From Chlorokybus atmophyticus (lineage: Eukaryota; Plantae; Mesostigma and Chlorokybus algae), in assembly GCA_009103225.1 (NCBI GenBank), contig RHPI01002402.1:839412-903411 (forward strand): a DNA stretch of 64,000 nt, given 5' to 3'. The translations under genes were made by a program, and so were the position numbers. This document shows positions 1-11,262 of this stretch, one piece after another. Every line of letters begins with the position of its first letter. Position 1 is the stretch's first letter. The notes under the pieces were generated by a model. That model made no database searches and was not told the origin of the DNA. It saw only the letters and a list, made by a program, of their open reading frames with translations.

Positions 1-224
1 GCTGCGCACGCGGCCGTGGTCGCCCTCTTCCTTAGTGCATTGAGCAGGCTGCAGCGCAAGAGATCCGCTACCTTTGGATAAATGTATTTCGGGCCCCTCG
101 AGGGCTTCAGTCAGTGCTGCGCACGCGGCCGTGGTCGCCCTCTTCCTTAGTGCAATGAGCAGGCTGCAGCGCAAGAGATCCGCTACCTTTGGATAAATGT
201 ATTTCGGGCCCCTCGAGGGCTTCA
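1..224. repeat. 115-bp direct tandem duplication (two copies visible; may extend beyond the window start)
   Basis: 1-109 and 116-224 are identical except gcaTtgagc/gcaAtgagc; a 6-nt spacer gtcagt (110-115) completes the unit. Confidence 0.95.
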
Positions 225-240
225 TGTTCAATGTCGAAAT

Positions 241-935
241 TTACTTAACCCCATGAACATGCACCCAACACATGCACCGAGCATAGGCCCTTATGCTCGA
301 CCGCGCAATCACGACATTGACTTTGAACAGATCATGAATAAGGTGCTCCAAAGGCCAAACGTCTTCGCCAACATGAAGAACTCGTCTTTTACGCATGGTC
401 ATTGTACTTCTGGCAGTTGAGCGAGCTTCGCTGCATACTATATAAGCTCTTTTTATGTACATCCCCATGAAGCGAGGGTCACATGTAATGATCATAGAGT
501 AGGAGGCCTACGTCGTGGCTTGGTCTAAAGGAAAGCTTGTAAAATTTGCATCTGCGTAACTCGCTTGATAACTGCCAATGAAGTCAATAGCTTCGAATTG
601 ACACACTGCACTGCATGATGTGTGAGTGAGTGCATGTGCAAGTGCAAATGCTTACGTGTGTGCGTGGTTGTTATATGGGCTGAGCATATGCTTTATTATA
701 CACGTTATGCCTTATGATATTTCTTCCAGCAAGTGGCGTGTGCGCTGCGAGCGCAAGAGTGGGGGATGCTTAAGAGAGGAGGGGCCATGGTGGAGGACGA
801 TACCTGGTTAATGACTCTTGACATGGTGCTCTTATCGATAAAGACATGGCGTTGCGTGGGGTAATGTGTGTGTCGCACCGAGTGCAATGGCGGACACCTT
901 GTGTAGGTTCTGTATGTGTACGGTTGTTGTGTCAA
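241..935 (-). mobile_element. Possible heavily decayed PIF/Harbinger (ISL2EU/IS5-like) DDE transposase remnant
   Basis: Minus-strand fragments appear in the expected order: LHSVRHTHYPTQRHVFIDKSTMSRVINQV (HTH_Tnp_4-like L..LRHYPT...F.ISKSTVSRII), FEAIDFIG (AIDG-like), IITCDPRF (Q.VCD..RF-like), VGEDVWPLEHLI (GDEAFPL-like). Interrupted by stops. No terminal inverted repeats or target-site duplication identified. Confidence 0.25.
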
Positions 936-1322
936 AGAGATGCAAAGGTTTTTTGTGCTTATTCCTTTGTGTTCGGGTCTGGTAGAAGGTAAATACTAAA
1001 ACGCTTGCATGCCAATTGTATAGAGCGGTTTTTACAGTAACCCGCCTGACAAATGATGTGATACACCTCGTCACGCACGGCGTTACTGATGATGCGTGGC
1101 GTTGTGCTGCAGAGGAGAAGAGCAACATAACAATTGCATCCCTTGTCCATCCCTTTGAGCTATACTGCATGCGCAGTGAGTGTGGCAGCATGGGATGAGC
1201 TAGCCTCACAAGCAAGCGCACCGCAGCACAAAGCACATGGTTGGATGGGCGCAAGCTAGGATATGAGGTTATGCATAGTAACACTTGCAGTTGTTAAAAT
1301 GTGTACAGTAGGCATACAAAAG

Positions 1323-1366
1323 GAGAGAGAGAGAGAGAGAGAGAGAGCAGCAGCAGCAGCAGCAGC
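1323..1366. repeat. Compound microsatellite (GA)n-(CAG)n
   Basis: Direct reading: gagaga... followed by cagcagcag... Confidence 0.95.
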
Positions 1367-1727
1367 ATCATGACACCATGAGTCGTTCCACAACCGACTT
1401 TGAGTTTCATTGAATCACTCTTATATGTCAAACAAAATTCAGCGCTGTGTGCATACTACTAGTAGTATGCTCATGTGCACCGGATGTCCATGACACTTAC
1501 ACTCACACAATGACAATGACTCGAGAGCTCTAGTTGTATGTTGTGCGCAATAATATTGCAATTGGTGTTGCAAATTGTCTCCTGATTGTGGCCCACAATT
1601 TGTGGATATATGTACACACCATTATGACATGCATCATGCATGTGATAATGCGCAACCAATCGCCCCTTGGTCCCTAGAACAATGTCCTCCCTCTGCAGAG
1701 TATCAATGGCAGCCATGCTGTTAGACC

Positions 1728-4700
1728 TTAGACCGGACTTGCAGTTTTCAAAGGAGAGTCCACAGCCAACGCAGCTGCCAGCCCTGCCTCTATGCTCCGA
1801 GGCATTTGTAGGTGCATCTGCAGCGCGAGGGGTGTAGCACTATCTGAGACATCACAGAACACCTGTATTGGGTTTGAGCGAGGAGCATACAGCATGTGGC
1901 TGTTTGTGGTGGTAGCGGTGTTAAGTGTGCTAGCCTTCAAACTTTGGCTGTCAATCACCGACCGTCGCGGGTTGTCAGTGGTGCAAAGCGATGGCAATGG
2001 TGGTGATGACGGAAGCGAACCACTGCGCTCTGCGGCCAGCATCGTCTCCATCTCTTGAAGAAAAGATGTCATAATCTCACTTCAAATGCACCCCTGGCTG
2101 TTAAGCTCTTGCATAAAGGCAGATGTCCATCGTGCGAGTTGCAAGTTGGAGGCATAGAAACCATTTGCTTGCTGGGACGGTCTTAGTCGCTCATGCATTA
2201 AAGCCTCTCCATTAGGAGTATCGCATAACGGGTTAAACAAGTACATAACCGGTGGGCCCTGCTTGTGCATGTGCGTCTTGGGTGAAGAACTGTTCGCTAC
2301 CGTATCGCCACTGTAGGAGTAAACGGGGCGCCAGACCGGCTGATGGTTCACGGTGACACATGAATTCTGCAGAGGGCGCGGAATGACGCTTGAACTTCGG
2401 TGGCGGCGACGGTGTGGCAGGATGAACACAATCGCCGCATCTCCGACAATAAAAAATCCAGCATGATCTCACAAGCTGAATCAGAGCCTACTCTTGTAAT
2501 ACTTACCCTCAAGAATTGCACCATCCAGCCGCAACCAAGGTAAGATATAATGCCATCATTAACACCTGAACTATCCGGCATGCATGGGGGGTCGTCACGG
2601 TCTCCACGGTACAGCTGAAGCAAGAAGGGTGTGGACTTCTCCATGCTAAACAAGAAGTAGTTGATATTGATAGCCGACATGTTGGAGATCTCGATTAAAA
2701 ACACGGGGTTTCTTGGAGTCCCGTGTTTAAAATTGGCTATCCCTGCGCCATCGTCAACAAACGAGGAGATGATAGACTCCATATCGTCCTCGCCATGCGT
2801 GAACACTTTAGACTGCGACATTGCGATAACGGGGACTTATAGCGTCTGGAAAGTTGGTAGCCCAGAGGTCCAGGAGCCCAGCATAGTTTGGCACATCAAA
2901 CTCTGATCTGGGCATGTGAAACGCGCGCTGCATGCTTAACAATTGAAACAGTCATCGCAACAACGAAAGCTCCTCGCGCAATGTGCGGATGAATGTATCG
3001 CGAGGGTCTTTGTTCACAATCGGCCTATTTCTGATGCGCCGTGCACGGTTTGCGTACCGCAACGTGCTGACGGACCCCTTATGTCTGCTACAGCTGGGGA
3101 TATGCTTGCTATCATGATGGGTTTGGAGTTCCCGCCCAACGACTCCTTCAACAACCAATTGAGCGCAAAGTTGCGATACCCAATGAAATCACTACCTCGT
3201 GACAGTTGCATAGTAACCTGCACAGACACACATGCAGTCAGTAATAACCAATTACCAAGTTGCACCTTCATTGCGTTAAAGCAGGCTCAAGGGCTTACGT
3301 CGTTGAGCATGGGAAGAGACTTGTTGATATGTATGTGATCTCGCTGAGTCGCTGCCCTCTCGCACCTGTCCAAGACACTAGCTCGCTTCCCGCAAGGTCC
3401 ACCAGGTTGATGCGCTTAATCAACTCCAACCCGATCCTTTTATGGGCCGACGGGACCTGCCGCCGCAGGGTGATGGTAAAGATGCGGTGGCTTCGGCTGA
3501 ACAAGTTGTTTATGTTAATGGACTCTAATTTCCTTTGCTCCTCTCCAGCAGCTAATGCGGCAGAGAGGTCTTTTCAGCTTGTGAACGCATCTGACGTGAA
3601 GCCCTCGACGTCTTTTTGATGTTCTTCTGGATACGCAAATCATCTCCAATTGCGATAGGCATCGGTGTTGTGGGAACGGGCGAAATGCCCCGTGTCTCTT
3701 CGCCCGTAGACCCGTTGGCAAGCTTCTTGCGATCGCTGCTCGCATCCTTCAAGGCGGGCTTGCGCATGAGGCTGGGCGATGCTGCTCGCATGAGCGCACT
3801 CTGCCCCATTAATTTAGAGCGGCCCGAGTTGGGACGCTCGCCAGACTCTGACCCACCCGCATCCAAAGTGGAGGCGTCTGCATCGCTTGTGGACTCGCCT
3901 AATCCGCCCTCTTGGGACATACTTGGCTCACTTACATTGAAGCCCTGCCACGCCGACACACGGGAAGTGCCCGTGACAGTGCGAGGCAACATTAACCTTG
4001 CAAGCAGATCAAACACCTGTTCTTGATATATCTCCATGTACGTCATCTGTTGTACATGTCATTGATAGATTACATATGGCTGCAAAAGGCGCTTGCATGC
4101 CGATACAAGAAGTTGATTTACATTAACATTACATGGTGGTGAGGAATTGTCCCTGGATGCTAAGTCCTCAAACAGCTTTGATGCCAGCTGAGAACCTGCA
4201 AATATGCACATTTTAGCTGATGGTGCAAGTAACCAACCTGGTAGCTAGAGCCATATGACAAGACAACCCTTATTTGCCAACCATACTGTAACAGCCCGTT
4301 AGCATCAATACAACAGTCCACCATCCACTGCACCAACAAGTGCCGTGCCAACATGCAAAGCACTTCTTTTCAACAAAGTGATAGCAAAAGTATTGCACAA
4401 GCACCCATTGGTAGCTAATGTTTGCATTTGATTGCTGCTGTGTAGATGCAGATGCTGAATCAAAGCACTTGCATAGTGACATGCCAAGCTTAATAGCTGA
4501 ATGCACAACCCCAACACCCATTGCGCGAACCACATAAAGTGACACGCATGTGCGTATATAAGATTAACACTGTGCAAACATGCTAAGACAAGACGCATGG
4601 CATTTCGTCTACCATCCCAACTCCTGCGTGTTCGTCACCCATCATTGTAGATGTCTTACCGAAGCCCGTCTGGCCATTTGCAAACAACTGCAGAAACAGC

Positions 4701-5420
4701 CGTAGGTATCCCTTTCAAAACCAAGTGTTATGTTTACCTCACAAAGCACGACATATCGTGACATTGTAGCCTTCCCCCCCAGCGCATCTTGTATGTAATT
4801 ATAGACAACAACATTAAATACGGCACTCTACAACAAGTTACTAATCAGTATTTAAGTTTTATGCTGCATACAAAAGGCGGGTCACGCACAAAGCAGCACA
4901 AACTATCCGCACACCCATGCTAGGAAGCAATCCCTTAACTTCCGCAATCAACATCGAAGCTTAGCAGACACCAGTGTGCACAACTTTCTTGTTCGCAATA
5001 CACATGAAGCGTACGCCTGTTGCAAGAGTTTGTCGTTGGCCACCCACCTGGCATTCACTAGAGGTGTTCCCGGCACTCAGCAGCTGGTCGTCGTCTTAAA
5101 CAAAATAAATTTTGAACTCATGTGTTGCTCCTGCATTGGTTTCAACCGGCTTTAACATGTACACGTCCTCTGGGTTAACTGCCTCGCCATCAGACACTAA
5201 CATTTGCCCTGTGCTTTTAAAACCTGGATAGTAGTCGAAGCACTTGGACGAGCACGAGCAACCGCAACTTGCATGTTGCAAACAAAGTGGTTTTGCTTTC
5301 AAAGCAAAACAACTTTGTTTGCAACATGACATGTGGACGAACCGAGCATCTGTGCGCTTGCTCCTTTGGGTGCAATGGCGTACGCACCGCAACAACGACA
5401 GATTGTTGCATGGTAAGTGC
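1728..5420 (-). pseudogene. Kinesin-3-like (motor + FHA-like) pseudogene
   Basis: Motifs in order: SVVVAVRTPLHPKE (~5361-5400), DAL-GYNVT (~4757-4788), LFANGQTGFGKTSTMMG (P-loop, 4652-4675), [84 protein letters not shown], then FHA-like VTVNHQPVWRPVYSYSGDTV. Lesions: frameshifts at ~4775 (7-G run on the coding strand), ~3328 and ~3084; GT>AT donor at 4755-4756; TGA at 2952-2954. Confidence 0.85.
5272..5328. repeat. Near-perfect palindrome: 28-bp arms, 1-nt centre, 1 mismatch
   Basis: catgttgcaaacaaagtggttttgcttt-c-aaagcaaaacaactttgtttgcaacatg. Confidence 0.95.
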
Positions 5421-5566
5421 CAAAGTGAGCAAATGGCAAGGCAATCTGTTACTGTCATGTGTTGCTACTATTGTAAACTTTCCTACAGGCTAACCACACG
5501 ACATGATTCAACCCAAAAGCACTGAATCACACACCTTGCTAGTTTCAAGAGACAAAAGGTGAGAGC

Positions 5567-6889
5567 GTGAAAGACGCATCTCGCCTTTTTGTTTACTGTT
5601 GTTATCTTACTCTTCAATTTAAATGCGATGTTGAGATCCGGCTGGTAGTAGGCCACCGAGCTTCAAGAACCGTCACCTCCAAGCAATTGTGGCAAGGCGT
5701 TGAACTACATTTCAATGCACCAAACATGAAATGCCATTTCATACGAACCGTTCGCCTTCTTGAGGGCTGTATGTTTGCCTTGTGCTCCCTGTTGTTGATG
5801 GCTAAGACTCGGAAGAAGGTGGCGTCTGTGGTGGGACAGCTATGCCTTTGAGAAATTTTGCGTGCCGCAGCGTTTGCGACGATCGAGTGTTGATAAGACG
5901 TGGCCGAGCCTGCCAAGTGACACCCTCTCATGCTGACATGTACACTCCAGTGTGGCCTGAAAGATGTTATTCTTAGGGTATAAAAACTGCAGAGTTGAAG
6001 ACCCTCAGATACATGACAGCAAGAAGTGATATAGTGCATGCGTGTGACATTGATATAATTTTCGTTGTCAATCACTACAACGATAAGTTGAGGATTGCGC
6101 ATACATAGAACAGATTTGCATCCATTAAGGGTCATACCACCTGTGGTGCTTCATTGCTTTCCGGCTTTGTGCCGATGTCCGAGGCTTAGATCTGTGCGTG
6201 CTCGCGGTACGGCAAGGCGCCAATGTTAAAGCCATAACGCTAATCAAACCCAACACAATACAAAAATGTAACAACAAGGATAATAATCATTCAGGTAAGC
6301 ATGCATCAGCTGCGCAGCCTGCACATCAAGAGTACCGCCACGTCTGACATGGTCGTCACGGGGCAGATCAAGGTGGTGGCTAGCTTGGAGCTGCGCTCAC
6401 AGCAGTAGTCGTTCACTCCAACAGGGCCATCTTTGAGTGTACAAGAATTTTGCTGCCCATACATGAACACAAAATCTGACATATGAGTCATATGCAAAGC
6501 CCTGTGATGCACCACATGGCGTGCACCGACGGTGATCTTGTGAAAGGAGGCTCCCATTGCGCTAGGAGACAAGATCAATGAGGTGAACTTGTCTCCTAGC
6601 GCGTGGTCACTGTGCTTACAACACATGAGCATCCCAGCTGCTCGTGCGCCTCCTCCCAACTGAGCGCTGCATAAGCATAACCAATCAGTAGTGCACAATA
6701 GCAGGGCAAAGCAAGTGCAAAACAATAACATGACAACGACGGGTTGTCGCGCTTCACCAGCACACACGCACAGCACGCTTCACACACATCGCACTACACA
6801 CAAACGCCCTACACGCCCGCACTCAACTTCTCTTTCTCCTCTCCTCTCCTCTCCTCTCCTCGCCCTCTGCGGTTGTTCGCCTGCTCCAT
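5567..6889 (-). pseudogene. Putative spliced, disrupted reading frame of unknown identity, upstream of and possibly the 5' part of the kinesin pseudogene
   Basis: ATG at 6889 gives MEQANNRRGRGEERRGEEKEKL|gtgcgg, then cag|TLSWEEAHEQLGCSCV|gtaagc. Further exon-like blocks with good splice sites carry in-frame stops (RYGFNIGALPYREHAQI*; VWCIEM*FNALPQLLGGDGS*SSVAYYQPDLNIAFKLK|gtaaga). No family recognised. Confidence 0.25.
6559..6602. repeat. Inverted repeat: perfect 15-bp arms, 14-nt loop
   Basis: gcgctaggagacaag-atcaatgaggtgaa-cttgtctcctagcgc. Confidence 0.9.
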
Positions 6890-7519
6890 CTTGCCTGCCG
6901 CTGCCAGCACTTGCACGCACTTGCACACATACACATTCACGTAGCTAGACGAGTTGTATAGTTGCGTTGAGCTGAGCTACACCCCCTGGCTAAATTGTGT
7001 ATTGTTTGCTTGATTTGCCTAGTTGGTTTGCCCATTATGTGAGTTGTCTATGCATGTCTATGATACCGTAGGTAATGGAGCAAGGCATGTAATAGCAGTG
7101 ATAGCCAATTGTAGGTGTCGGGCATGGCCTGGCTCCGAACCCACCAGATGCAATGCACGTCCCTAAGTTGCCTGGTAGAATTGGCATGAAACCCAAGCAC
7201 TCCCTGCTCACCGAGCACCCCGCCTCTCGCAGGATATGATGCATGCTGGCATGGCAGCTTCCCATTTATACACCTCAACGCGTGCTTACATCGAGGTGCG
7301 GCTGGAACATTGAAACCGGACCTCAACACTTGGCAACCTACTATAAGGCTTGACAACCGTCATTGCTCCAGGCGCTCTCGCATGCAAACTTTTTCAATGT
7401 TTCCGCATGCACCACTCTTCCTGGCTATTCCAGCATTACGACCCATAGCAACCCCCACACTCACTTCAGTACGCGGCGTGCAAGCCAAGCAGCGTACGAC
7501 TGCAGACATATCAACATGC

Positions 7520-9032
7520 CTAAAACTTAAAAACCATGTCTTTTGTGTACCCCATGTCTTTCAACACCCCTTCAACCTGCAATGCAACAACTAAGTAACA
7601 TCACAGCCACTAGCGCTGGTTGACATGCAGCCCAGCTGCACAGTGCTTAACAGTGCAAGCGACATGCGGAATGCACTGTGCAATGCACATCACTACACTT
7701 GCATTTGCACATGTTTGGCATTTACCTCTCCCTGCGACCGATCTGGAGCCTTATCCCCACTAACAGCCTTCATCATGGGCGGAGGCCCACATACCTGCCA
7801 AAGAAGCACTCAAACACATCACGCAGAAGTCTGGCAACTTTTCTCACTCAGAGCTATCCTGCAGCTTACCATAACCAAGGTATCAGGACTTGGCGGTGGT
7901 GTATGAGCTTTCACAATGTCAGCGGTGACAAAGCCTTTACCTCCTGTCCAGTCCGGGCGGGCTTCATTGAGGACGTAATAAACCTGAACACCTCATATGT
8001 TTAGTGGCACAATAGGGTGCGAACGCGTGGTCCAACCCCCTCGCAGTGTACCTTGAAGTTAGGATGCGTCTTCGCAAGGTAATCAAGCCTATCTTGTAGC
8101 AGTATGTCAGGCTCGGTCACGTTGGCAAACACCAACGACACCTGCATGTCATGCGTCACAAATCCTACAACAGGGATGCTGTTATTAAAGCTGTTGGGGT
8201 ATTGAACATTTAGCAGATATGGTGCTACCTTGGTGTTGTCTTCCGGATTGCGAAGAATCTCCTCAATCACTTGCAGCATTGGCGTGATGCCTGTTCCACC
8301 AGCTATCTGACAATACAAGTTGTCGCTGACAATCCTTCATCACATTGACACGTAAGAAACCAAGAACAGGCACGCACCATGCCAATGTCCTTCTTCATGT
8401 TGGCCTTGTAGGGAATCTTCAATATGGGGCCTTTCACCTCCAAACGGTCACCAGGGTTGAGCGATGCGATGTGCTTGCTCATCACACCCTCAGGGTACTC
8501 TTTGATTACAAGGTCAAAGTGACCCACGTCGTCGGGCCGGGATACAGGCGTATAACTGCACACAAGGGCATATAAGCAAGCAGCACAACTAGAAGATTAC
8601 TGCCAGCTTGAGCTTAAGCTTGATGCTGCTTTGCAAGTTTAAACATACGGTCGTATGACGTCTGATGGGGGCCCACCAGCCTGTTTAGGAGCACCAATTG
8701 GAGCCCTGCCAGACACAAGCAAGCTTGTACAACAGCAAGCCTGGCAGGCATCTAGCATTGCTAACGGCAATTTTACTTCCTGGCTCGTACTTGGTCACGA
8801 TGCACGAAGCCACCGGCATCCCTAACGTCGTGCCTCGTGGAAGCTCAAACCTGTTGACACCCAGACAGGGGTCAGCATAACTTCTCTTGTCGTGCACAAG
8901 GCATAGTTGATACAATGAGTCCCCCACTGTCTGAGATCAACCTGACGAATCAGCGTTCTCGTACAGCTCTGCATGCATATTGTCTGTGGAAATGGTCGAG
9001 AACACAACCCAAGGAGTGCATAAGTAAGTATA

Positions 9033-9079
<47 letters not shown>

Positions 9080-9810
9080 ATACCTGCTTGCACAGACCCA
9101 TCTACACATAGTTAGACGATGTTTATTTCACGAAACCACCCACACAACCACATACATACTGACAGTGATCAGCTCAATATTGTGATAGTGTACGCGAGTG
9201 AGTTTCTTATTGAGCCGAAAGGAGTTCGTCACACGCATCACCTGTAGAGCTTGGTGTTGTGGCTGATTGGCTGCACCTCCTTGAGGGGAAAGCTGCGCCA
9301 TTCTTTTGGATCAATGCCTGTTCAAGCACGCAATCAGTAGCAGTTGGCAACTGACTAACATGCGCTGTTGAGCTGTAAGCAAGCAAGTTCCAAATTTGAT
9401 TCGAGCAGCATGTGCACTCACTCTGTGCAGGTCCAGGCTTTGACTCTTCAGCAGAAACCTGACCAACACATAACAGCAAAGAACAGCAGTAAGTGCTGGA
9501 AGCTACGAGCACATGCTGTTTGTCTTTGCCCAGACCAGCGGTGAAGCGCGCGCGCATGCAAACAGCCCGACTTGGTTAACCAGCTGCATGCCAAGTTGTG
9601 GACTTCAAGCTCTGCATGCTGCAAACTTACAATGAACGGCACAGCTGCAACCGCAGCCGCAGCTGCTGCGGCGAGCACAGAAGCGCCGCTGCCGCTGCTG
9701 CTGCTGCTGCTCTGGTGCCACTGCCATAATCGCCCGACTACAACAGGCGCCACAGGCAACGCCTGCAGCCCCCGGCCGGCACGCAGCGCCGCCGCCGCAC
9801 TCGCAAGCAT
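7520..9810 (-). CDS. CBR2: NADH-cytochrome b5 reductase, mitochondrial-type (CBR2/Mcr1-like), multi-exon
   Basis: Ala/Ser-rich N-terminal leader; [35 protein letters not shown] (RxY[T/S] FAD motif), [32 protein letters not shown]; ends [16 protein letters not shown] at 7520-7522. All introns GT-AG. Confidence 0.93.
9029..9070. repeat. (TA)n microsatellite in a CBR2 intron
   Basis: Run of tatata... read directly. Confidence 0.95.
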
Positions 9811-10272
9811 GACGCCAACAACACGAACACGATGTGGACAGCAACAACCCCCTCCATGCAGGAATGCCTGTTACAACATCACTACAACCCGGCTGCATCG
9901 CCCATGCAAGGTTGTCTGTACGCATATCTCTATACCCAAGCGTGTGCATCTGCACCCTTCCGCTGGTCGTAAGTCGTAGTGATATCGCCATTCTTTGACC
10001 GCTATCTATGAGGATGTCTCTATAGTACGAGTAGGAAGCTTACGGCTGCCAGCTGCGCGCAGTGTACACGTGGAGTCGTCGTCGGCGGCGGCGGTGGTAG
10101 CGGCGAAGGCGACGGGCGGCTGGATAGCAGACTAGTCACCAAAGCGGCTGTTTGTTGGGAAAAGGTGTAAGCGGGCTTTGCGCAGGTTGGCGGGTTGTCT
10201 GCGGGTGGATCAGGGCGTGTGACGGGGGAGGGCGGCCTGGGTTGCTGCTGCGAGGCGTTCACCGCCGCCGGC

Positions 10273-11262
10273 ATGGGGTTCGCCATGGCTGTGAGCGTTG
10301 GAACTGTGGTGCTTGGAGGTAGTGGTTGTGGCGTTAGCAGCCTGCGGGGTAGGGACGGGGCGGGAGCAGCAGCGTCAAGCGCGTCGACGTCCAGGCAGTC
10401 GGCGGAGGCGGCGACACCGCGGCAGGCATGGCTGCGACGGGGTGGGCTCTCTGGTCTACGGCATGGTTCGTCAACGTCCAGACAGAGGCGGTTCCCAACC
10501 AGCGCTGGTGGACGACGCGCATCCACCAGTATGACCGCAGCATCCTTCGACACGTTGGCCTTGACCGAGGAGAACATTGAGTCGGTGCTGGACGAGATTC
10601 GCCCTTACCTCATGGCTGATGGTGGCAACGTGGAGCTGTTTGAGATTGACGGCCTGGTCGTCAGGCTCAAATTGCAGGTACCATGCAACTTTCTTGGCAT
10701 GCACTTGATTGGCGCAATTGTACAACATACACCTATGTCGCCGCCATGCTGACATGTGCACTTGTAGTGCGCTCTGTGTTGATGTTGTCCTTATTTGGCA
10801 GGGAGCCTGTGGTTCCTGCCCAAGCTCTACCATGACGATGAAGATGGGTATAGAGCGTAGGTTGATGGAGAAGATTCCCGAAATTACAGAAGTTGAGCAG
10901 GTTCTGGACGAGGAAACTGGTTTGGAGCTCAATGCTGAAAACGTGGAATCGGTACGTTGTCTTACTCTTCTTGTTCCTTACCATGTGTTCCTTACTACGT
11001 GTCTTATCAATCCAGCTTCTAGCATTATGTTGTCTTGCCTGTATTCTTCAAACTTGTGCTGGCTATGGTGCAGGTTCTTTCTGAAATTCGACCATATCTT
11101 ACGGGCACGGGAGGTGGCGAGCTGCAGCTTGTGAAGATTGACGGGCCTGTCGTCAAGATTAGGCTTTCGGGTCCAGCAGCTGGTGTGATGACAGTGCGCG
11201 TGGCTGTGACGCAGAAGCTGCGGGAAAAGATCCCGATGATTGCCGCAGTTCAGCTGCTGTAA
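10273..11262 (+). CDS. NFU2: Plastid NifU-like Fe-S cluster carrier (NFU2/NFU3 type), 3 exons
   Basis: Transit-peptide-like N-terminus; [35 protein letters not shown] (CxxC), and a second Cys-less NFU domain [15 protein letters not shown]...[20 protein letters not shown]2 versus NFU3 is not resolved. Confidence 0.93.

Noticed and set aside
1-600. Possible snRNA (U1-like cctacgtc...aatttg) or CRISPR-like repeat
   Set aside because: No ATACTTACCTG 5' end or other snRNA hallmark. The repeat is a contiguous 115-bp duplication without unique spacers, in a eukaryotic context.
832-1284. Cys-containing ORFs suggestive of a CxC/KDZ transposase
   Set aside because: No KDZ catalytic motifs found; the composition fits the TGC/GCA-rich background.
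5567-6400. In-frame TAA/TAG suggesting a non-standard genetic code (TAR=Gln)
   Set aside because: Intact genes here terminate at TAA/TAG at their expected C-termini (NFU, FKBP, CBR2, TXNL4B), so the standard code applies and these stops indicate decay.
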